DNA of 64,000 nt. Source: Thermoproteota archaeon. Its GTDB lineage: Archaea; Korarchaeota; Korarchaeia; Korarchaeales; Korarchaeaceae. The notes below the pieces were generated by a model, which saw only the letters and a program-made list of their open reading frames with translations, did not search any database and was not told the origin of the DNA. The DNA lies in NCBI GenBank assembly GCA_027491395.1, contig JAOZFI010000041.1:64001-128000 (forward strand), given 5' to 3'. Each line of letters starts with the position of its first letter. The first letter of the stretch is position 1. The translations under genes were made by a program, and so were the position numbers. Below are positions 1-8,083 of the stretch, one piece after another.

Positions 1-1
1 C

Positions 2-142
2 GGGGTATGGGTCTACGAGGGTAATGGGTGGATCAAAGTGCTGGATTACCCATTGAAACACGGTCAGCTGATATCCTTCGGCCTCAGGAGGAGAGGGAGG
101 GACGTACTCCCCTACATCCCGGCCAGAGTTTACTTAAGGTAA
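2..142 (+). CDS. 3' end of a gene truncated by the window edge; possibly the C-terminal half of an FHA domain
   Basis: Open frame GVWVYEGNGWIKVLDYPLKHGQLISFG...VYLR*, ending at TAA 140-142. Resembles the FHA pattern NGT(F/W)V...L..G..I..G. Confidence 0.45.
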   Translation, partial: GVWVYEGNGWIKVLDYPLKHGQLISFGLRRRGRDVLPYIPARVYLR

Positions 143-181
143 TCTTTTTACCCGAGTCTAAGTAGATCGCATCGATCGATC

Positions 182-1012
182 ATGAGCAACATCAAGGCGC
201 ATTTTACTCCTCCTAGAGCCGCTGGCATCCCACAACCACCTGAGAATGTTAAGAGGATAAGGAGAAGGATAGCAGTCATGAGCGGGAAGGGAGGCGTTGG
301 TAAAACTACTGTGTCCGTTAATATAGCTGCAGAGCTGGCTAGGAGGGGATATTCAGTTGGCATACTGGATACAGATCTCACCGGACCTAATGTCCCCAAG
401 GCACTAGGTCTCATAGATGTTCCCATATACGCTACAAATGAGGGGATCATTCCCGCAGAGGGACCTCTCAAGATGAAGGTCATGTCCTTGGGGTTGATGG
501 TCAGGGACGGAGATCCCGTAATATGGAGGGGGCCTCTTAAAGCCAAGGCGATTCAAGAGTTCGTGGAAAACGTTAACTGGGGGGATCTCGATTATCTGGT
601 TGTTGATCTCCCACCTGGCACGGGAGACGAGCCGCTCAGTGTTATGCAGCTCATTCCCCTCCACGGAGTTGTCTTGGTGACCACACCCCAGGAAGTCGCC
701 CTAATGGATGTAAGGAGGGCCCTCCACATGGTAAGAAAGATGGAATACAAGCCCTTGGGAATAGTGGAGAACATGAGCTACTTCATATGCCCTGGCGGCG
801 AGAAGGTTAGGATCTTTGGTGAGGGGGGTGGAAGGAAGCTCGCCGAGGAGGAAGGGGTACCCTTCTTAGGGGAGATACCCATTGACCCCAAGGTAGTGGA
901 GTTCATGGACAGGGGGATGCCCATAGTGCTGGCCGATCCTGAGAATATAGTGTCCAAGGCATTCGAGGAGATAGTCGATAGGATAGAAGAACAGCTGACC
1001 GAAGCTCAATGA
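182..1012 (+). CDS. Mrp/NBP35 (ApbC) Fe-S cluster carrier ATPase
   Basis: SGKGGVGKTT deviant Walker A, VIWRGP, DLPPGTGD, ENMSYFICP motifs. Confidence 0.93.
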   Translation: MSNIKAHFTPPRAAGIPQPPENVKRIRRRIAVMSGKGGVGKTTVSVNIAAELARRGYSVGILDTDLTGPNVPKALGLIDVPIYATNEGIIPAEGPLKMKVMSLGLMVRDGDPVIWRGPLKAKAIQEFVENVNWGDLDYLVVDLPPGTGDEPLSVMQLIPLHGVVLVTTPQEVALMDVRRALHMVRKMEYKPLGIVENMSYFICPGGEKVRIFGEGGGRKLAEEEGVPFLGEIPIDPKVVEFMDRGMPIVLADPENIVSKAFEEIVDRIEEQLTEAQ

Positions 1013-1125
1013 TCCCTATGCATCGGGAAAGTTCCCCTATCAGGTTTTTCTGACCTTTTATTTCCTGCGCCAACCATGTATATGATTAAAAGAAAACGGG
1101 CCGAGCGCATTAGTGGTGATGCTGC

Positions 1126-2292
1126 TTGGCATCGGAGGTTCCTCCTGTATACATCGGTCTTAAGGGCATCTATGTCGCTAAGACGGCTCTCAGCTATATA
1201 GATGGGGAAAGGGGGAGGCTCATCTATAGGGGTTACTCCATTGAGGATCTAGCTGAACACTCTTCGTTCGAGGAGGTCACTTACCTGCTATGGTTCGGTA
1301 AACTACCTAACAGGAAGGAGCTGGAGGAGTTCAAGGAAAGCCTGTCTAAGGAGAGGGAAATACCGGAGGAGGTCGTAGAGATCCTGAAGAAGCTTCCAAA
1401 GAACTCCCATCCCATGGATGTCCTGAAGACCGGAGTAGCTGCCCTTGGTCCCTTCGATCCTGACCTGCCCAGCATATGGGGGCAGCACATTCACGAGAAG
1501 AGAGCGGAGAACCTGAGGATAGCTATCAGGATACTTTCAAAAATGCCTACCATAATGGCCTACTTCCACAGGATGAGAGAGGGTAAAGAAATAGTGCGTC
1601 CGAGGGCAGACCTCAGCCATGCTGCGAACTTCCTTTACATGATGTGGGGCAGGGAGCCCAAGGAGATAGAGGCAAAGCTAATGGATGTGGCCCTCATACT
1701 GCACGCCGACCACGGATTCAATGCATCGACCTTCGCATGCTTGGTTACGGCATCCACCCTCTCTGACCTCTATTCCTCAGTGGTGACAGGTATATCGACC
1801 CTGAAGGGCCCGCTTCATGGAGGTGCTAACGAGCAGGCATTGAAGATGCTGATGGAGATAGGATCCCCGGAGAGAGCCAGAGAGTACATTAAGGCCAAGC
1901 TTGAGAGGAAGGAGAGGATAATGGGATTCGGGCACAGGGTATACAAGGCTTACGATCCAAGGGCTAGAATACTCAAGAAGTACGCGGAGATGCTCGCGAA
2001 GGAAACAGGCCAAGAGAACCTGTTCAATACCGCCCTAGAAGTGGAGAAGGTGATGATCGAGCTCCTCGGGAAGAAAGGCATATTCCCGAATGTGGACTTC
2101 TACTCCGGTCAAGTATATCACATGTTAGGGATCCCCACTGATATCTTCACTCCCATATTCGCTATCTCTAGGACTTCCGGGTGGATAGGACATGTATTCG
2201 AGTACTGGGAGGAGAATGTACTTATAAGGCCAAGAGCTCTGTATGTGGGTCCGATGGAGGCCAAGTACATACCACTCGATGAGAGGCTATAG
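1126..2292 (+). CDS. gltA: Citrate synthase / 2-methylcitrate synthase family
   Basis: LHADHGFNAST, GPLHGGAN, GFGHRVY, PNVDFYSG motifs; SD GGTGA upstream of a TTG start. Confidence 0.92.
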   Translation: MASEVPPVYIGLKGIYVAKTALSYIDGERGRLIYRGYSIEDLAEHSSFEEVTYLLWFGKLPNRKELEEFKESLSKEREIPEEVVEILKKLPKNSHPMDVLKTGVAALGPFDPDLPSIWGQHIHEKRAENLRIAIRILSKMPTIMAYFHRMREGKEIVRPRADLSHAANFLYMMWGREPKEIEAKLMDVALILHADHGFNASTFACLVTASTLSDLYSSVVTGISTLKGPLHGGANEQALKMLMEIGSPERAREYIKAKLERKERIMGFGHRVYKAYDPRARILKKYAEMLAKETGQENLFNTALEVEKVMIELLGKKGIFPNVDFYSGQVYHMLGIPTDIFTPIFAISRTSGWIGHVFEYWEENVLIRPRALYVGPMEAKYIPLDERL

Positions 2293-2307
2293 GGTCGAGA
2301 GCGAAAT

Positions 2308-2321
2308 CCCTCCTCCTTTTT
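2308..2321 (+). terminator. Pyrimidine/oligo-T terminator after citrate synthase
   Basis: ccctcctccttttt about 15 nt after the stop codon. Confidence 0.45.
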
Positions 2322-2473
2322 GTTAAAATAATTTCTATCTTTATGTGAATTCATTCATCCTATGATGATAAGATCCTATTAATATAGCATTATTACAAAT
2401 GAAACGGTTTCACTAGTAAATCAGAAGTTCATCCGCATCAACCTTTATTTAGGGCTACCAGAGCAATCACCTG

Positions 2474-3976
2474 ATGAGAGCAACGAAAATAACACTTATC
2501 TCAGCCCTGCTATTGCTTACGCTAATGACGGTGGCCGTTTCGGCTGATACAGGATGTCCCGCCGTGGACTCCTCAACCGACGTGGCACCTAGAGTTGTGG
2601 AGATAACGGTGTACAGGATTACCGGAAAGACGGTGGAGCTAATAGGAGTAGTAGAGGACCCGGACAGTGGCTTGAGGGAGTGGATCTGGGATTTCGGTGA
2701 CGGGACGATCGTGAAGAAGACCGGTGGATGGTCCAAGATCGGTGAATCTACCTACAAGATGATGGTGAAGCACACCTACCGCGATTACAGAAGCTACACA
2801 GTTAAGCTCCAAGTGACTGACGACTGGCTCAAGGAATCCAACGTCAAGACGAAGCTGGTCACCATTAAGAAGTCCAACTACAATCCCGTGGTAAAGCTCA
2901 AGAGAGTCTCACCCAATCCAGCCCAGCCCGGTGAAAAGATAGTATTCGAGGTGGAGGGGATAGATCCGGACGGGCATGTGGTTGAGTACTATTGGGACTT
3001 CGGTGACGGGAAGAAGGCTAAAGGGGCTAATCTCACTGTGGTGACTCACTCATACTCTAAGGAGGGTACGTACGTAGTCAAGGTGAAGGCAAAGGATGAT
3101 AAGGGCGCTTACTCCGATCCAGTTACTGAGGAGCTCTACATACGCTCTCAGACCAAACCGAAACCAAAGAACAAACCACCAGTCATAACCGCCGTCAAAT
3201 TCACCCCAGTGGAACCTTCTATGGGAGTTCCCGTGACCTTCAGGGCCACCGCCTCCGATCCGGAGGGAGATAGACTTACATTTCAGTGGAACTTCGGCGA
3301 CGGTACTATAAAGAACGGGGGTCCGCAGATGACTCATATATACAAGAAGGAAGGGGCCTACACGGTTAAGGTGAAGGCGATAGATTCTAAGGGTGTCTCT
3401 TCCCCGTATTACACGGTCAGCGTGGCTGTAAAGGGTAACAAGCCGCCTCAGGCATCCATAGTCGAGGTGAGAACTAGGGACAACATTACCTTCCTGTTCC
3501 AAGGCATGGGTGTTGACCCTGATGGTCAGGTAGTCGCCTACGAATGGGACTTCGGTGACGGGAAGAAGCTCAGAGGGGAGCTGGAGGGGAACTCCATCCC
3601 TCATAAGTTCATCAACCACACCTACACCTCTAGCGGCAACTACACCGTGAAGTTCAGGGTCAAGGATGATAAGGGCGCTTGGTCCCCTTGGATCTCCAAG
3701 AGAATTATGGCCTTCATCCCAGAGAAGGTCAGCTCGGCCTCGTGGGCTGGCTCCGACTTCGGTAACTTGGAGATCGCTGCCGGTCTGGGTACCCTAATAG
3801 TTGTAGGGGCCGGTTATCTAGCCTATAGGGACTCCAAGAGCAACGCCTTCGTCGAGAAATCTAGGGAGAGGGCTAGGAGATCCCGCAGATTGGCGGTGAA
3901 AAAGTCCACCAGAAAAAGACCGAGGAACGGATCTAACGACGCGAGAAGGAGAAGGAGGCCTTGGCCAGCCTCCTAA
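2474..3976 (+). CDS. Membrane-anchored surface protein with four PKD domains
   Basis: N-terminal signal peptide; four W(D/N)FGDG...H.Y...Y.V PKD repeats; C-terminal TM helix (IAAGLGTLIVVGAGYLAY) and an Arg/Lys-rich tail. Confidence 0.88.
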   Translation: MRATKITLISALLLLTLMTVAVSADTGCPAVDSSTDVAPRVVEITVYRITGKTVELIGVVEDPDSGLREWIWDFGDGTIVKKTGGWSKIGESTYKMMVKHTYRDYRSYTVKLQVTDDWLKESNVKTKLVTIKKSNYNPVVKLKRVSPNPAQPGEKIVFEVEGIDPDGHVVEYYWDFGDGKKAKGANLTVVTHSYSKEGTYVVKVKAKDDKGAYSDPVTEELYIRSQTKPKPKNKPPVITAVKFTPVEPSMGVPVTFRATASDPEGDRLTFQWNFGDGTIKNGGPQMTHIYKKEGAYTVKVKAIDSKGVSSPYYTVSVAVKGNKPPQASIVEVRTRDNITFLFQGMGVDPDGQVVAYEWDFGDGKKLRGELEGNSIPHKFINHTYTSSGNYTVKFRVKDDKGAWSPWISKRIMAFIPEKVSSASWAGSDFGNLEIAAGLGTLIVVGAGYLAYRDSKSNAFVEKSRERARRSRRLAVKKSTRKRPRNGSNDARRRRRPWPAS

Positions 3977-3990
3977 TATTCCACGCGTTA

Positions 3991-4581
3991 TCATATTTTT
4001 CCTTTAGATCTCCTCATCCTGTACTCCTTCACCAAAGATACGACTTCCCTGAATCTCGGGTGATTTGAGCTGCCTAAAAGCTCGTAAACTGCCGACTCCG
4101 AGGTCGTTAAGTAAACGCCTTCCTGTAGCAGCCTCGCGAGCGTTACCTCCTTATCCTCAGGAAATGTCGAGCCAGTGGCATCGCTGACTAAATGTACCTC
4201 CAGACCGTGGGCGGCAGCGCTCAGTGCGGTCTGAAGTACGCAAATGTGAGTTTCTATCCCAGTAAGTAGGACCTTTTTCCTCCCTAAGCTGAGCAGCCTT
4301 TCTTTAATCATCTCATCCCCGAACGCATCGAAGGAGGTCTTCTCGATCTTCTCGCCTAGCAGCTCATCCACCCCTTGGACGGTCTTGCCGAGTTTCTCGG
4401 GGGCCTGTTCAGTCCCCACCACGGGCATGCCTAAAAGCTTGGATACCTTGGCCAGTAAGGTTATGGCACCCACTATGGACGCAAATTCCCTGATTACCTT
4501 GGAGAAAGGCTCTTGCACATCTATAACAAGTAAAAAGGTGTTCTCAGGATCTAGTCTCCCGGGTAAATGGCTTCTAGGCAT
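3991..4581 (-). CDS. Isochorismatase-family (YcaC-like) cysteine hydrolase
   Basis: LLVIDVQE, EKTSFDAF, GIETHICVLQTA motifs; start moved to the ATG at 4581 (track gives 4620). Confidence 0.88.
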   Translation of the reverse strand: MPRSHLPGRLDPENTFLLVIDVQEPFSKVIREFASIVGAITLLAKVSKLLGMPVVGTEQAPEKLGKTVQGVDELLGEKIEKTSFDAFGDEMIKERLLSLGRKKVLLTGIETHICVLQTALSAAAHGLEVHLVSDATGSTFPEDKEVTLARLLQEGVYLTTSESAVYELLGSSNHPRFREVVSLVKEYRMRRSKGKI

Positions 4582-5144
4582 AAGAAGTTGGGAACCCCTT
4601 CTTCTATTAAGGTATGGCATTCACTCATCGGGAGGAAACCGCCTCCTCTGAGGAGAGAGAGGAGTTCTTCTCTACTTAGAAAGCTTGCGTAGGAATAAAT
4701 GGAACCAGATCTTCCTCTCTCAGAGTATCGTCTCCCTAGAGGTGAGTTCGAAGGAATTATACATACGTAAAGGCAGCCTCTCTTCTTAAGGACCCTAGCG
4801 ATCTCTTTAATGGCCGCATCCCTATCCTCTAGGAAACAGAGGGTGACCACTAGAATGATGCATGAAAAAGACGAGTCCCTGAAGGGGAGCGATTCCGCCT
4901 TACCTTGAACGACCTCTAAGCCCCTCCTACTTGCCAGCAACAGAGGAGAGTAAGCAGCATCCAACCCTACCTCCACTCGAAGAGGCCCCGCGAATCTCCC
5001 AGTCCCGACACCTATCTCTAAGCACGGGCCGTCCTTTCTTAGCAAGCTCTCCAGACAGGAGAGTTCAGTCAAGTAGATATCCCTATTCTCCTCGTACCAC
5101 TTGTCGTATCGCTCAACTATCTTCTCGAAGGCCTTCCAGCTCAT
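4551..5144 (-). CDS. Class I SAM-dependent methyltransferase
   Basis: LEIGVGTGRF motif I, AESLPFRDSSF, EIARVLK. Confidence 0.9.
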   Translation of the reverse strand: MSWKAFEKIVERYDKWYEENRDIYLTELSCLESLLRKDGPCLEIGVGTGRFAGPLRVEVGLDAAYSPLLLASRRGLEVVQGKAESLPFRDSSFSCIILVVTLCFLEDRDAAIKEIARVLKKRGCLYVCIIPSNSPLGRRYSERGRSGSIYSYASFLSREELLSLLRGGGFLPMSECHTLIEEGVPNFLCLEAIYPGD

Positions 5145-5406
5145 GGGGTACCAAGCACCTCAGTATGACTCTAACTTCCCTCCTCTCTGAGAGCCTATAT
5201 AATCTGACCCTACCTAGCCTGACTTCCTCCAGTATCTCCGCCGACTTCAAGGCTTCTAAGTTCCTCTCGGCTGAGCTATAAGATATATTAAGGGTCCTGG
5301 CTATCTTGCTTATGTTCATCCCTCCTTTTGCTGAGGACAGGAGCCTGAGGATCCTCACCCTGATCCTATTCGAGAAGGCCTCGACCAAGAGATCGTCCCA
5401 GTTCAA
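5113..5406 (-). CDS. ArsR-family winged-helix transcriptional regulator
   Basis: AFSNRIRVRILRLL...NISKIARTLNISYS...LKSAEIL...GRVRLYRL. Confidence 0.82.
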   Translation of the reverse strand: MNWDDLLVEAFSNRIRVRILRLLSSAKGGMNISKIARTLNISYSSAERNLEALKSAEILEEVRLGRVRLYRLSERREVRVILRCLVPHELEGLREDS

Positions 5407-5415
5407 GCGATCACC

Positions 5416-6492
5416 TTACGGGATTATCTCCGTAGTGTTATCGTAGGGAGGATAATATATCTCCTCTCGCTTCACCACGCCTTCCTCTATGAGAGATCTT
5501 ATTTCACCTACTCTTGACAAGACCTCGTCTATAGTCGCTTTAGTAACGGAGCACACGTCTCTGAAACCCTTCTCACCCCAATGTCTCTCCATGTAGGTGT
5601 AGAGGCATCTCCCTCCACAGTACTTGAAGTAGCTACAGCTCGTACAGGGCTCTCCTATGATAACCTTCCTCAGAATACCGCTCCTCACATCTCCCACAAC
5701 TGCCCACTCGGAGTCAACAGCGATGGGACAAGCCACTATCCTCCCGTCTGGGAGTAGGGTGAAAGTCTCAGAACCCGCGCCACAGGGAGGGCTCCTCCAC
5801 TCACCGAAGAGGGCCACCTTGGCTATCCCTAGAAACGGGACTATTCCTGTGACCTCCCCCTGCCTCATCCTCTCAACCCACAGGGAGACCAGTCTCCTTA
5901 TTCCAGGAAGGTATGAGTTATCAGCCCATTTCCTGAAATCCCACGGCTCGGTCCATATAACATTCAATTGCCAGTGGACATGGTCAAACAAACCAAGCTT
6001 GAGCAAATGAGTTACCTCCTCGAATATATCGCTGCGATCCCAGACAGTCATCCTAGCTATTAGGTCACCGCCATACCCAAGCTCCCTTAGGCGCTTGGCC
6101 GTTTTCAACACGGTATCGTAGTTCCCCTTGCCCCGGTAGTGGTCATTAACCTCCCTTCTTCCATCTATGGAGAGAAGTATGGCATCGAATCTCAACCAAT
6201 AATCCTCCTGCAGATTATCGAAGAGTGTCCCATTGGTTTGGATTATGAAACGCCTCCTAGGCCCTAGGGCATCCATGACATTCTCGATAAGTTTGGGATT
6301 GATCAGGGGCTCTCCACCATAAAAAGCGACATCCGCATCCAAGCTCTTGACTAGGGCTATCAGATCTTTTAGCTCGTACTGCTCCTTCGGGGGAACCAGA
6401 TGTGGAGGGAAGCTCCCTCCGCAGTAGGAGCACTTCAGATTACAGAGTCCGGTTGTGGTCACTATTAGGAGCGTCATAATCGAACGCTCCAA
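5416..6492 (-). CDS. Radical SAM/SPASM protein, archaeal AF0577-like (TIGR04084-like) family
   Basis: CNLKCSYC, FYGGEPL; SPASM Cys pattern PCGAG...ACP...CTSCSYFKYCGGRC; C-terminal TEIIP typical of the family. Confidence 0.88.
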   Translation of the reverse strand: MERSIMTLLIVTTTGLCNLKCSYCGGSFPPHLVPPKEQYELKDLIALVKSLDADVAFYGGEPLINPKLIENVMDALGPRRRFIIQTNGTLFDNLQEDYWLRFDAILLSIDGRREVNDHYRGKGNYDTVLKTAKRLRELGYGGDLIARMTVWDRSDIFEEVTHLLKLGLFDHVHWQLNVIWTEPWDFRKWADNSYLPGIRRLVSLWVERMRQGEVTGIVPFLGIAKVALFGEWRSPPCGAGSETFTLLPDGRIVACPIAVDSEWAVVGDVRSGILRKVIIGEPCTSCSYFKYCGGRCLYTYMERHWGEKGFRDVCSVTKATIDEVLSRVGEIRSLIEEGVVKREEIYYPPYDNTTEIIP

Positions 6493-6671
6493 GTCCTCTC
6501 CACATAACTATAAGCTTTGCTTGTTTTTCTGAGGGAAATGGGCTGATTGAATGGTGAAATGGTGTACTGCTTACTCTTTAAAAATAATTTCATTTAATAT
6601 TCATATACCCCTATTATAAATCTAATTTACCGGTTTATCACATCTTTATTTTGCTAAATTGACGAAATGAA

Positions 6672-6690
6672 ACGAAAATCTTAAATATAA
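6672..6690 (+). promoter_or_regulatory. BRE/TATA promoter upstream of the hairpin RNA
   Basis: acgaaaatcTTAAATATAA; TATA begins about 29 nt upstream of the hairpin start at 6710. Confidence 0.6.
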
Positions 6691-6709
6691 GCTCGGGATT
6701 AATAATCAC

Positions 6710-6820
6710 GGAGGAGGAATGGGGGGGTGAGAGGATGATCCCGGGGAGGAGGATCGGGCCTTAGATCCCCTCTCGGGGTGATCCTACCCTTCCACTCCTC
6801 CTCTCTGCACCAGCATTTTT
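6710..6820 (+). ncRNA. Candidate structured RNA (~92-nt hairpin) upstream of mat
   Basis: GGAGGAG(6710-16)/CTCCTCC(6795-6801); TGGGGGGGT/ACCCTTCCA with G-U pairs; AGGAT/ATCCT; CCCGGGGAGG/CCTCTCGGGG; GGATC/GATCC. Own TATA box and a T5 tract at 6816-6820. Confidence 0.6.
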
Positions 6821-6880
6821 GGGTAATGTGGCCGATGGAAGATTTATCAATTTCTTATCCGGCCCTTAGTAGGTGATTTC

Positions 6881-8083
6881 ATGCTGAAGGTCTCCAAATG
6901 TAACAAGCTCCCCATGGACAGGCAACCCATTGAGATTGTTGAGAGAAAGGGCAAGGGCCATCCAGATACGATCACAGACGGTATAATGGAGAGGGTAGCT
7001 TTGGAGCTGAATAAGGAGTATCTCAGGAAGTTCGGTGGTATCCTCCATTACAACGCGGATAAGTCGCTGTTGGCTGCAGGCGTTACCGAGCCACAGTTCG
7101 GTGGAGGCAAGGTAATTGAACCCATGCTGATTGTTTTCGGTGACAGAGCCACTGTCTCCTATGCGGGAGAGTCCATAGACTTAGAAAAGATCGTCGTGAA
7201 CGCAGCTAAGAGCTGGATAAGGGAGAACCTACGGTTCGTCGATCCCGACGAGCATGTCCGCTATCAGATAGAGCTAAAACAGGGGAGTGCTGAGCTGACA
7301 GACATATTCAGGCGAGGCTCCGAGATAATGGGCGCCAACGATACATCAGCAGCTGTGGGCTATGCTCCACTCTCCAGAACTGAGAGGGTGGTTTTGGAGC
7401 TGGAGAAGTATCTGAACTCCCCAGAGTTCAAGAAGGAATTCGAGGAGACCGGTGAGGATATAAAGGTCATGGGAAGCCGGCACAACAATCACTTGGATCT
7501 GACCATAGCGCTCGCTTTCGTGGACAGGTTCGTTTCCAGCGAGCCAGAGTACTTCAGGAGTAAGCAAGAGGTCTTGGACAGGATTAACTCCTTCCTGAAG
7601 GAGAGGTTCGCGAATGACTTCGATAAAATCGATGTTCACATTAACACGCTAGATGTGGAGGGCAGGGGAGTACACGGTGTGTACCTGACCGTCTTAGGCA
7701 CTTCTGCCGAGGGAGGCGATTCGGGCCAGGTCGGCAGGGGGAACGGGGTCAACGGAGTCATCCCCCTGATGAGACCTAGGAGCTCGGAGGCGGCTGCCGG
7801 GAAGAACCCCGTCAGTCATGTAGGTAAGATATACAATGCATACACACACGAAATAGCTAGAAAGATAGTTAAGGAAGTGGAAGAAGTTCAGGAAGTCTAC
7901 GTCTGGCTGCTGAGCAGGATAGGAAAACCGATAAATGAGCCAGCGCTGGCCGCGGCGGAGGTGTACACCGAGGCGAACTTTGAGGACATAAAGGGGCAGA
8001 TAGAGGAGATCATTGCGTCAGAACTCGATAACATAGGGGAGTTCGTCAACAGGCTCATAGACGGGATGGTCCCCGTCTATTGA
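6881..8083 (+). CDS. mat: Archaeal S-adenosylmethionine synthetase
   Basis: EIVERKGKGHPD, ANDTS, GEDIKVMG, GDSGQVGRGN, GKNPVSHVGKIYN; SD AGGTGA. Confidence 0.96.
   Translation: MLKVSKCNKLPMDRQPIEIVERKGKGHPDTITDGIMERVALELNKEYLRKFGGILHYNADKSLLAAGVTEPQFGGGKVIEPMLIVFGDRATVSYAGESIDLEKIVVNAAKSWIRENLRFVDPDEHVRYQIELKQGSAELTDIFRRGSEIMGANDTSAAVGYAPLSRTERVVLELEKYLNSPEFKKEFEETGEDIKVMGSRHNNHLDLTIALAFVDRFVSSEPEYFRSKQEVLDRINSFLKERFANDFDKIDVHINTLDVEGRGVHGVYLTVLGTSAEGGDSGQVGRGNGVNGVIPLMRPRSSEAAAGKNPVSHVGKIYNAYTHEIARKIVKEVEEVQEVYVWLLSRIGKPINEPALAAAEVYTEANFEDIKGQIEEIIASELDNIGEFVNRLIDGMVPVY

Noticed and set aside
6732-6785. Hairpin as a functional SECIS element
   Set aside because: The AUGA/UGA core is present, but there is no apical AA motif and no adjacent gene with an in-frame UGA
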